Source: Bispira polyomma (taxonomy: Eukaryota). Taken from it: 64,000 nucleotides of DNA. Positions 36,291 through 47,803 of the stretch are shown piece after piece; position 1 is the stretch's first letter; the number at the start of each line of letters is the position of its first letter. The position numbers and the translations under genes were made by a program. A model generated the notes under the pieces. That model was not told the origin of the DNA and did no database searches. It saw only the letters and a program-made list of their open reading frames with translations. The stretch covers positions 88,660,001-88,724,000 of the forward strand of contig OZ287751.1 of the NCBI GenBank assembly GCA_965649765.1, in the 5' to 3' direction.

Positions 36291-38845
36291 TTATATCTCT
36301 GTATTAAGTACTAAATGCTGATCTGTAACTGGACACCACTGGACTGCACCTACAAGGCTATTTAATAAAGTATGATCTTGAGTGGAATTTCTCCATCTGG
36401 AAAGCAAGTCTGCAGTAGTGTTATGTTCACCTAGTATATGAATAACTTGTAACTCCACATCATAATGGCTAGCCAGCATAAAAATGTTACGGGAATACAA
36501 AGCTAAAATACTATCTTTAGTTCTCCCATTGGTGAGGACACTAACCACAGCCTGATTATCACATTTTATGAGGACCTTATGACCTTGCCACAAGGTACCC
36601 CATAATTTCAAGGCCACAAATATATTCAACATCTCCAACAGGCAATATTAAGGTGTTGTAAATCAATAGGTATGGTCAGTGTATATACTTTCTGGCCATA
36701 ACCCCCCCCCCCCCCCATGCCTGTCAAGCAAGCGTCTAGTTCTATTATGGCTGTAATGGGGTTATGGTGGAAAAAAGAGACACCATTCAATTTTTTTAGA
36801 AAGATTCTGAACCAATTGAAGTCTTTTTGAAATTCCGTGGTGATTTTAAATGTTTTGCCTTTGTAATTACTTCGAAGAAGATGAAGCATTCTGTTCAAGA
36901 AAAATCTTGAGTATTTGACACATTTTGAGACATATAGGAGAGAACCCAGTAAACACTGGAGTTCCTTTTTTGTACAATACTTTTTTCCAGCCCAATTGTC
37001 ACACATGGCTTGGATGGTAATTAATTTTTCCTCTGGAATAGAGGTAGTAAAGTCAACAGTGTCTATAATAATACCGAGACAAGTAACCCGAGTGGCAGGA
37101 GGTACCAATTTCTTGTCACTCAAGGTCAGACCTAACTCAGCAAGCAAGGCTTGTAAGTGATGGTAGGTTCAGTATATTTTTGACGGAACCGAGCAGCAAA
37201 GGAGATCGTCTATATAATTTATGATATGGTGACCTTCACCTTGCATAATATATCTCACCCCGTCCGAGAGTCGCTGAAATATTGCCGAGCCGTGCTTGTA
37301 GCCAAAGGGGAGCAAACCATCCACGTAATAGCCATCCCAATAAAGCCCCAGCAAATTTAGTTCTTTTGGATCCACAGGCACGTGTCTAAAAGCACGACTA
37401 ATATCAGTTTTGAAAATTAGTGAATTTCTACCCATAGCAAGGACTTGAGACGTTATAGTGTCTATAGATGGATATGTTAACAAGAATTCCTTATCTAGAT
37501 AAGCAATTGGACACACAGCAGCATTCACTGAATGCCCTTCTGGCCAGCTAAGGTCTATGATCACATGACGGTTAGTTGAGCTCGACTTATCTCGGGTCAT
37601 AAAGAGGGAAGTATGTAATTTTAAAATTGGTGGCACCTCAAAGGGACCATACATGGCCCCCAGCCTACATTCTTCCTCCAAGTAGTGACTAACATGATCT
37701 GGATATCGAGTTGCAGAGGAATGATTATCAAGGTCAGACTTAAACTCGTTTCCATTAGCACAGTCAAGAGGAAAGCCAAATTTGATCAGTAACGGGAGTT
37801 CCCAGTCCCAGTAGTTTCTCAAGTATTCAGCCCACACTGAGGCATTCAGTTGAGAACTGACAGGAATTTGTAGTCCCCTATAATTAGGACGGCCATCACG
37901 TTGTAAATATTTATGCAGTGTAAACACATTCATAGAATCTTGTTCATTGGATTTGTCTAGAATTGGCTTCCCCCAGGACGAAAGTGGAATAAATCCAAAC
38001 TTCCCACAATTTTGAATGTCCCATAACTTAAAAGTATCACACGCTTTCGTGTCATGAAGTCTTTTCCTTTTATCGGAGGACCTGCGCATATCCAGAGTAT
38101 ATTTGTCATCAGTCAAATTGATTTTATTTTTACCAAGTTTTTTGATGGGAGTTAACACCTTGACATTTGGTTTCATTGTTTTATTGACAGGCGAGCCTGT
38201 GTTACAATGTGAACTCCCCACACAATAGCCATTGTTATTCACACCTTCCCCCTCCCCACAAGCCGTGTTTAACACAGCATATCGATTGTGAAGTGGTAAT
38301 TGGAAGTCATTGTTCTTTGCCACAGTATCAAACCTATTTGACTGAGACAATGGCTTGTTGACAACTTGTTGGTTAACGGTGGGGTCAAGCCCCTTGGACA
38401 CTTTTACTGAGTTGGTTTTGACACCTCGTTCACAATTATGGTGAGTGCCATTGTTGTGTTTATCCCGCCTGTCAGTCCGATTGGAATAATGTGCAGTGTT
38501 ATTTTTACCTATATTTTGACCTTTTTTGTCGAATACAACCCCTTTTACATTTGTAAATGTTTTGTTTTTGTTTTTGACAAGAATTCTGAAAAGTACACTA
38601 TTTCCTCCAATTCCGCCCACAGCTGAATTTTCTCTGGGAATTTTGTCAACCACACAACCCTTCACAAGTACATCTTTATAAGATCTTTTTACATTTTTGT
38701 TAGAACAAGCATACTGTTTAAAACACATGTTAGAACATAGGTTAAAATCTTTGAATTTCGAATTATACACGACTCTGGTAAACACTGATATACCCACTGC
38801 ACTTTTGCAGTAGGCCCTTAGTTTTTTGGCCCCTTTTTCGGACAT
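36291..38845 (-). pseudogene. pol (linker + RT + RNase H) of DIRS copy 2
   Basis: RT and RNase H motifs; in-frame TGA at 37169 and a frameshift near 36640. Confidence 0.9.
38793..38827 (-). promoter_or_regulatory. Predicted -1 programmed ribosomal frameshift signal (gag-pol)
   Basis: A AAA AAC in gag frame, 6-nt spacer, hairpin CCUACUGCA-AAAG-UGCAGUGGG; pol is in the -1 frame. Confidence 0.7.
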
Positions 38846-39835
38846 AACTTGGTTTAATGAGCACCGTCACACGTTTCACAACAGTGTTTAAATAGTTGCC
38901 CAGAGGTTTGGTGATTAGCATTAAATTTGCAGGTGCCCTCCTGATAAAATCTACATACAACGCCTTGAGTTTTACTCTGTGACTTTTGCTTATTGCTAGT
39001 ACTGGTTTTTGAACTACTATTACCACTGGCACTATTTGATATATGACGTTGAGCGTGTGCCCGGCGTGTGCGGTCAACTTTGTCCACATCAGTCCAGTTA
39101 AGTCGGTCTAACTCCATATTTGTCAGTAATATGGCATGTGAAGCTTTGGCCGCCTCCCACGAAAAATCGTGGGCGTCGTCCATCAGGTTGACTAGATATT
39201 CAAGCATTGCTTCCTTAACTTCCGCCGACTTTTGCTCTTGCACGCACCTTACGAATCCCGAGGTAAACTGTACCAAAGTTAAATCGTCATAAGTCGGACA
39301 GACCTTTTTAGTACCGGAAAACACAAAATTTTGTGGCCAATCCACAGATCTTTTAATTGGGGCATCAGTGCCACCTCGTTGGGATTTCAATTTACCTGCC
39401 CTAGTTATTCCATTCAACTGTTGTAGCTGCAGTAACCTTTGATCAACTTGTGACTGCAAATTTTCGTTTGAACGCAAGAATGATAGAGAAGGGACTAGTG
39501 CCTCGACCACTGGTTCCACTACATTACTAGCGCCTACACTAGGAACAACATTTACATTGCCAACAGGTAAAGTACTACATGCCTTACTGGCGCTGGGTGT
39601 GCACAGCGCCGCCTCTGTAACCTTCACACGCTGGTCCATGCTATCCATCTTCTGGTTTAACGACTGCAGTTGTAGTAGAATCTGCTCAGACAAAGAGTCG
39701 GATACCTGTACAGTAGCAGGACCAGCTGTGGGTACATCATCGGCGACGCTGTCATCAACAACAAAACGACACTTTCTGCCTACAGGCCGTTCGTTTCTAC
39801 CCATACACATACTACATTGGTACTCCTTTTTTTTA
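38818..39835 (-). pseudogene. gag of DIRS copy 2
   Basis: N-terminal CSMC..RPVGRKC knuckle; WPQNFV..YDDLTLVQF..FSWEAAK..; C-terminal CRFYQEGTC..HCCETCDGAH. Probable premature TAA at 38854; the natural stop is probably at 38820-38818. Confidence 0.85.
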
Positions 39836-40259
39836 AAATGAGGTTTTAAAACATAAAAAGTGGGTAGTAACGTCCAGTTGTAAAAACACTCTTAATGTGT
39901 GACAAGTTAAAATTTAATGATGGCGCTGATAGGGCGCCAAAGCCTTTTACAGTTGTCCTCGTGACCCCAGGTGGCCTAATTGGCCCCGAATACCATTCTT
40001 CCCCGACATTTTTGAAGTGTCAGGCCACCAAACACAAGATTTTAAGTAGAGAGTATTTACAACAAAAAAAACAGATGTTTTGAAGACTTTTTGATAGGTC
40101 TTACCATAACCCAACTAGTATTGCTTTTACAGATGTAACGTATTGTCAATGACCCTGCAAACATCTTTTATTCTAATTGAAACTCACAGAGGAAAATAAA
40201 TTTAGTTTTTAGTGTATATATATTTTTATAGAGGTTGCACATTCTTGTTAATTGGCCGT

Positions 40260-40480
40260 TATCCCAAAGAATGTCATGTTTTCACCTGTGTCCATTGGTG
40301 GCTTTCTGTTTTTTGTCACCAGATTGACACAAAAGCTACTGAACCTCTGTACATGAAATTTAGTAGAAGTATAGGGCATACGCCAAGTAAGAGTCCTTAA
40401 AATTCTGGAAAGGATCCAGGTAGATCTAGGAAAAAAATTTAAATTTTAGTACAATGGCGCCTTGGTCCTTGAGTGCCCTT
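40260..40480 (+). mobile_element. Helentron/DINE-like non-autonomous remnant
   Basis: atgttttcacctgtgtc..caaaagctactgaac..atgaaatttagtagaag..ggatcc..gagtgcccttt resembles, from memory, widespread Helentron-associated interspersed elements. Confidence 0.45.
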
Positions 40481-40483
40481 TTA

Positions 40484-40875
40484 TGGGCCGGTCCCACCGG
40501 AATTACGTTAGGATATGTAAGTCACGCAAGGCCTTGTAAAATATTTGATGCAAAACGTCATGCAAAACTAGAAATTAGAGATTTTTTTTTTGAAGGCATC
40601 AACAGACGTTAAAATTCAATACCTGTAAAAGGACGTCATAATGACACACATTTACACACTATGACGCATATATACATTTTAGTACGTCATACTTTTGCAT
40701 CTCTTGCGTGTCCAAATTTCAAACGGTTTAAAATTATGAATTTCTTACATCTCAACTCTCACACCAGGTTATGTATGCTTATGTATATTACGTCAGCTCC
40801 CGCAAATACCATGCAAAACCTACGCCAATTAGTCTTCAAACAACACCTAACGTGACGGCCGGTGGGACCAGGGTA
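40484..40875. mobile_element. PIF/Harbinger MITE family A, shorter inverted copy
   Basis: ggtcccaccgg / ccggtgggacc TIR core; TTA on both sides; ~200 bp homologous to 1540-1700 in reverse orientation. Confidence 0.8.
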
Positions 40876-41699
40876 TTACTTGGAATTGTAGTCTCATATG
40901 TGGTTTTAACGAATTGATTGTTTTGTTTTGTTTACAGTTATGGGGATCGATGGGTGCATATGATGCATTATGGAAAGACCACACACTGTTATCCGGCATA
41001 CAATGGGAAACTTGTACATAAACCTTACTTTTGACTCATTTAAAATACTTAGAGACATTGTTTATTCAGGGACGTTATATTCCGAATGTGCCTTTTTGGC
41101 TTCATTTTGACATGCTAGTTGAACACCCTGATATTTGCAAATCTGCTCCAACATCAAGGACATTTCAAAAAACAACAAGGGTCCACTGTGTCTAACATCA
41201 TATTAATCACAATACACCACAAATAGACTAACCCTGGACTAAAACGTCACCAGTCAATCTACTTTTCATAGTCTTCTTGCCAAATAAATCTGACACTTCC
41301 ATAAAAAATATATTTATAGTAATTCAAACTATCTGAAATCTATTGACATATTTTACATGTGTAGTAGATATCAATTTTAAACCATTTCTATTGCATGAGG
41401 CTGTAGACAATCACAATAGTAAAATGGCATAATAATAGAACTATGATGGAAATTATGTTCGGGGGTAGAAAGTCTTGAATTTGTTTTGAATTTCAATAGT
41501 CACTGATACTTACGAATCTCAATTCATTATGGTGGACATTATGGACATCAATAGCAAAACACATTTCCATTATTAACATAAATAGCAAAATACATTTCCA
41601 TCACTAAAAAAAGCAATAGCAAATCTACACCACTAAAAGCCTGTTTAAATTAGATCAAAATAGGTAATAAGGTCAAAAGTTAATCTTCTAAACTCTAAC

Positions 41700-41925
41700 G
41701 GCCGTATTCACAAAGGTCGTAGTCTTAAGATTTTGGTCTTTGGTTTCTGATTGAAAGTGTTAAGATTTTAGTCTTAGTCCCAGTGACAATAAGAAACGAT
41801 CTTTCCTCAGTCTGAACTTTGCTCTTAACACTGAGGCTAAAAGTAGGCAGTCCTATAAATTTGAGACATAAATGTAAAGCTTAAGACTATGTTAAAAACT
41901 ATATATTTTTGAGAATACAGGCCCT
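41700..41925. mobile_element. MITE with ~15-bp TIR and internal agtcttaag repeats
   Basis: ggccgtattcacaaa / tttgagaatacaggcc; related degenerate copies at ~10975-11110 and ~4270-4745. Confidence 0.5.
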
Positions 41926-42224
41926 GGACTCTAACTAAAAATAGTACAGTCCATATAATGTAGCTTTGTATGTAGTAACATTGATCTTGAAAATGATGTG
42001 GTATTTGAAAGGTAGCCAATATAGCCTTTTAAGAAAAGGAGTCACACTGACTTGAGATCCCACACAGCACACAACTCTGCACAGGTGATTCTGGATTTAT
42101 TGTAGCTTTTGCAGTGGGTACTTCTTTAGTCCAAAAAGCAGAGAATTGCAGTAGCCCAATCGACTGCTTACGTGTGCATTTTCTATGACTAAGGCCGTTA
42201 GATGGGATGGGTGTTTTCTGATTC

Positions 42225-42830
42225 TGCATTAGTGCTGCTTAATCTGGCGGCTGCCTTTGATACAATTGATCACAGCACATTTCTTGACTGTTTGTCATCA
42301 TAGTTTGATACAATTGATCACAGCACACTTTTTGACTGTTTGTCATCATAGTTTGATACAATTGATCACAGCACACTTCTTGACTGTTTGTTATCATAGT
42401 TTTTTATCATAGTTTGGTTTTCAGAGGACTGTCTTAAAATTAATAAATTCATATCTCTCAAATTGATACCAAGAAATTATATTAGGTTCTGCTCTGTCTC
42501 ACTTGCTTAAGTTAAAGTTTGGTGTACCCCAGGGCTCAATTTTGGGTCCAATTCTATTTTCCTTATACACAGCAGCTCTTAGTCGTGTCATTAACAAGTA
42601 CAAATCTCATCAAGTATAATTTTTATACTGATGATACACAACTTTATGTTAATTTATCAGATAGAAATGCAACTTCTGCCTCAACAGCTGCCATGACGAT
42701 ATTCACAAGTGAATGTTTGACAATAAGTGGAAACAACCTGGATAAAACAGAACAAACACAACGTGAGAGCTTGGCCGATAATTTCCTAGTCAATATTCTG
42801 AGAAACATGTTGCACGCTGTGAAATTATGT
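42225..42830 (+). mobile_element. Decayed L2/CR1 RT fragment with a 48-bp triplication
   Basis: ALVLLNLAAAFDTIDH, FGVPQGSILGPILF, FYTDDTQLY; 48-bp unit at 42256, 42304 and 42352. Confidence 0.85.
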
Positions 42831-44300
42831 TGAGTAAATCTTTAAATAGGGGTAGATCAAACCTCATAAAGAATTAAGGTCCTTCCTCTCTAATTGTGCC
42901 ATGGGGTGGTCTTACTACTTGTAGATGAACCCCATAGTCTCCTCCTCCTTCTTCCACACCCCTACCAGAGCATCAACTGAAGCATGTCTAATTCCAGGTC
43001 AACCAGCCAGGCATGATATACCATTTCGACCAATGTCACATTCCTGAAATTGGGATCTATCAAAATCCTAAAATGTATCGGCCAAGTAGTCCCAAAAGTG
43101 TACCTGCCATAGTGTAAATGAGACGGGACCATTACAGAGATATGTATTCTAACATTTTCATTTTCCTTCCTCTTTATACAATGTCATGTAATTTAAGGTC
43201 AAGCATTTTTTGCCGCATCTTAAATGATTTTACTGTGAAATTCCAGCCCGGTTAAGGCAGCTTTAACTTGAACAAATTAGTGAAAACTAGCATATTTGTG
43301 GCCTGGTTTAAAATACAATGATTGATTAACCTTGACCATAATTATTGATTACCTTGACAAAAAATAAATAGGATGGTATATGCTTTCAGCCCTTTGGATT
43401 CATCTTATGAAATATAACAGCATTAAACATGACCACTTAAAATGGTGGTCCCCTGTCACTGGGTCCTATCCCCATTGGCAGGCTAATCCCCTTTGTGGAC
43501 TTTGATAATTGATCATTTCCACGCTGTTGCTGGTTGACTGTTTGGCAGTGAAGAAGAGGCTCAATTAGCCCTTTGAAGACCTAATAGATAGATATATGTG
43601 TTGAGTTTAAGCATGAATACAAATAAACATAATTTTAAGCCTTTGGGTCAGTTCATAAAATTATAGTGAAAGTCGATTTACAACAGTAAGTTTATATTTT
43701 AGAACTCTTTATCCATATATATTAACAATAAACATTGACAACACCAGTGATCTATATTCCCAATACTATACCAGGTATATATGTTAGAACCCTCATCCCA
43801 AATCGATTAAAAATAACCATGTACAACATAAGTGATCCCAGATGCCAATACAATACCCTGTATATGTGATACAATTGAATAAAAACTGATTTAGATACAA
43901 CAAATACAAAACACTATTAGTATACAAATTGATGTAAAGACTGATTTTTTTTATGTTTGGTATTACCCTTTGGACAAAACATTGAGCTATTCGAAAAAAT
44001 AGCAGGGTTTACTCATCTATAGTAAGTGCTCTAAACAAAGTGGTTCTAGTCACATGTAAGAATGCAGTTTTAAAGTTACATTGTATTTGCAATTTGAAAT
44101 AAATAATTGTAAAATAACCCAATTAATTTGAACTTAAATCATATGCCTTCAAACTGTCTCATCGTATATTGAATTTAAAGATAATCTGGTATATTTCTAT
44201 CAGATGTTTTGACGGATTGTGACTTTTCAAAATCTAATTCTTATTGGAGCTCAAAATGAGAAATCCGAGTCTTTCATGTTTGCACATTAGTTGTGCCAAT

Positions 44301-45173
44301 TCACAGTTGGTCTTCAAGACGTTCTAGTAGCTTGGTGTATTGCTGCTCACTGTCAAGGTCACTCCCTCTAACAGGAAGCACGCCCTCGTTCCTCATCACA
44401 AGTTGTTTCCTCTTCAAATACGACACCATGCAACAACATAACAACATGAATATCAGTTGAGCTGCTACGTGCCAACAGTAATAAGCCACGAAGAACATGA
44501 TATTCTCATGATTCCCACCATGATTAGGTTTCAGCTTCATCACCCAGGGATCATCTAATGGGAGGTACAGTATACAGGCCAGCTGTACAAGCCAGGTTCC
44601 CTGAAGTGTTGTAAAGAAAGCTCTGCCTAGAGTGATAAAGATATTCTTCTGGTATGCCACTTCCAGCAGAGTTATGACAACACAGGCATAAATAGTGTAG
44701 AGCAGTAAAGTGTGTAGTATCATTTCTTCTTCTGTGTTTGTATTCAGATGAAAACGGAATAGAATCCCCTCCACAGCGTAAGCCCAAACAAGTGTTGTAT
44801 AGGTGACAGTGTCCGTGTGCATCAGGAGCTTTAGTTTGGGCAGTACAATAGAAGACAATCCAGAGAATAGGAAGAAGAAGTACATTGTAGCATGCTGTAT
44901 CTCATTTTCATCTACAGGCCTGTGTTTGAAGGCAGGATTCACCAGTATACCAACGAATTCGACAGAACAGCCAACAATTAGAAACCAAGCGTCCAACTTG
45001 ATATGTTTCTCACAAATGATCACCGAACAGTATGGACCACTGTGGAGGTACCGCTTGGTCCTGTTAATATCACCCTTTGCTTTGTAGAACTTCCAAATTG
45101 TTTGCACCGTCCACCAAACTCCAAGAAACAAGAGAGCTAGCCCAGGTTGTACATGAGCAAAGAAAACAAACAT
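44301..45173 (-). CDS. TMEM45: TMEM45 (DUF716) family multi-pass membrane protein, ~290 aa, single coding exon
   Basis: AHVQPGLALLFLGVWW, QHATMYFFFLFSG, VEGILFRFH, HTLLLY, RAFFTTLQGTWLVQ, HENIMF..YYCWH; ATG at 45173. Confidence 0.92.
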   Translation of the reverse strand: MFVFFAHVQPGLALLFLGVWWTVQTIWKFYKAKGDINRTKRYLHSGPYCSVIICEKHIKLDAWFLIVGCSVEFVGILVNPAFKHRPVDENEIQHATMYFFFLFSGLSSIVLPKLKLLMHTDTVTYTTLVWAYAVEGILFRFHLNTNTEEEMILHTLLLYTIYACVVITLLEVAYQKNIFITLGRAFFTTLQGTWLVQLACILYLPLDDPWVMKLKPNHGGNHENIMFFVAYYCWHVAAQLIFMLLCCCMVSYLKRKQLVMRNEGVLPVRGSDLDSEQQYTKLLERLEDQL

Positions 45174-47464
45174 CTTGAAAAAGCTCCACAAATAAGTATG
45201 TCAAATAAAGTTAACCAGAAATCTCTCTAAAACGTCCTCTGCCTGTGTGTGTGCAAATAACAGATCTGTTCTTCCAATTATTAAATACATATTATTATCA
45301 TGGCTCAATCATCATTTGTAGTCATGCTTGCTCAGACAGAACCGAATATATTAATATCACCAGTGGTGAGCCAGTGAATTTCTCCACCCAGTAGCAAATA
45401 TGCACATACCTTTGCTTTGTTTATTTATTCATACAAATCGTGCTCAAGGACAAAAACTGATACAACACAATTATATTAAGAAGAAAACAGAACAAAGATC
45501 AACATAAAACATTTTCACACAGTACACAAATATCTATTCAAATGATTTCCATTTGCATTAAAATTATTACAATTGTTATCTCTAATAAACATTAAATCTT
45601 TTGTGTTTTCCACTACTGATAAATCATCTTCTTTTTACATATTTTGGTAAAATTAACCAAACACTCTTTTCCAATATACTTGGTGACAAAGATACTGTAG
45701 CTCTAGTACACTTAAAATGTTATATCCATGTTTTACTATGCCAATCATAGCCCCACCAATCGTTATGATTATAAGATCTGGGTAATTATTGGGGAGGTCG
45801 GGGGGGGTTTCAACACCTTATCGTTTCCAATCGTGAAAATTTCTGTGAGCAGGGGTAAATATGTGGGGCACGGTCAATCAATAGGGGCCAATCAGGGCCA
45901 ATCGTAACCCACTTACGACTTATCTTTACCTTCTATCGATATATCTTTTCAATCTTCCCCTAAATCGTTTGAAATTTTATCCCGATTTATCTTTCCATCA
46001 CAAAGATAGGTCGGGGCGATTACAAGTCATCTTTTCACCCCCTGCTACTAAAAGCAAAAGCTACTAAATGTGCAGCAAACGAGGCCTACTCCCACTCTAT
46101 GAAGGCGAGCCGCAGAACCTCAACTACCACAGCTACCAGTTAATATGACTTATCCTGAAGCGAGTTCGCGAACGCAGGTTCATTACAACTTCCCTAATGC
46201 CATCACAAGACATGATATCGTTTCAACCACTGATGTCTTACGTCATTCTGTCTTACTACAAAATGAAATCAGTGCCAGACTACAGCCGTATGAGACCCTG
46301 GCTGCAAGTGAACTACTACAGGGTATACGACTTGATTATATGGGACAAATTAGACTTCACCATCTATCTTAGTCCCAAGCTTTGATGCCAAATAACACCT
46401 TGGCCAGTTCACTGTTAAATCGCCAAACTCACAAGGCTCGAAGTCGCGTGTCCGGTGCAGACACTTTCAGAAAAGCTTGTGTAACCAGGAAGGGGACCAC
46501 AAGAATGCAATTACCATTTTTAAGCACATATGCCCAAACTGCTTTAGGATGACCAGGAAAGACAATACTCACTTAGAAGCAAAGTGTTACAAACTTCATG
46601 GTGAACCAACGACTACACGATAGACAGGACAATAGGACAGGAGATCGCCCACAGTTAATACTGGTGTAGTCAATAATGTAGAAATGTAACAAAACTGTAA
46701 ACGAGTGTAAAAAGGACATAAATAATAGGACAAATGAGTTATAGACAATAATAAGATTTTGACAAGTATGGATGGTAAGAGTCATCAAATGAGAACTACG
46801 GTTAAATATGGTGGTAATAGACAAACAGTTAAAATATTAGAAGATAAAATTAAGAATGATATTTATAAAAGGTTCAAGCAGGATCATAATATTGCATGTG
46901 AACATTTTAATGTTAAAGACAGTGACGAGAACATTATGTGTATAGACAATGACAGTAAAATAACAAAAATATATAATAAGAATGTACAGAAGTTGGTGTA
47001 TGGTGAAAATAAGTGTTGCATAGATAAAAAAGAAAAATAACATTTATAGTGTTAACGTACAAATGTGTAACAAAAATGTACAAATCAGATACTCGGATTT
47101 GTATATCAGTGAAAGGGAAAGTTGTGTATATAATATGTATGTGTATTGTGGGATAGACAACAATAACCTCAGATTTACAGGAATTTATACTGAGACAACA
47201 AAAGAATGTACCCATGTTTAATGGTACTCAGTATAATATCAATGATGTATGTCCAGTGACATATTATACGTCACTGAAAATTCACATAATTGAAAAAAAA
47301 ATAATCAAAAATCAGTAGCAATAGAACAAGAAGAAAACAAATAAGCAAGAAGAACAAACCAAAAGACAGTACACATACAAGAACAAAAGTTGAGAATGCA
47401 TAGTATTATGTTGACATGATTGACAATATGATGATTTCACAATGTACTCATGAGACAAAAGTAA

Positions 47465-47700
47465 CAGACAAACAGACACGTGAGGACACGATGAACAATC
47501 ATAACATAACAAATGCAAAACAATACAAACAGACACGTGAGGACATGATGAACAATCATAACAAATACAAACAAACAGACACGTGAGGACACGATGAACA
47601 ATCATAACAAATACAAACACAGACAAGTGAGGACACGATGAACAATCATAACAAATACAAACAAACAGACACGTGAGAACACGATGAACAATCAAAACAT
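47465..47700. repeat. ~45-58-bp imperfect tandem repeat x5
   Basis: Core caaacagacacgtgaggacacgatgaacaatcataac separated by short A/C-rich linkers. Confidence 0.9.
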
Positions 47701-47803
47701 AACAACTACGAAACAACACAAACACACGCTAAACACACCATTACAAACAGAAACAAAAACAATTCAAAATTTTCAAATGAATACACAGACAAGTTAATAG
47801 ACA

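Larger units (their letters stand above)
36170..39900 (-). mobile_element. Ngaro-like DIRS retrotransposon, copy 2 (different family; YR almost wholly deleted)
   Basis: gag 39810-38818, pol 38845-36291 (YIDD, ELDACL, KCDNQAVV, TADLLSR). Only ~20 codons follow the YR-position acceptor at 36246. Confidence 0.9.

Noticed and set aside
47312-47725. Cys-rich 137-aa ORF; repeat-spacer-like array
   Set aside because: It is the translation of a tandem repeat, and the linkers are low-complexity A/C runs rather than spacers.
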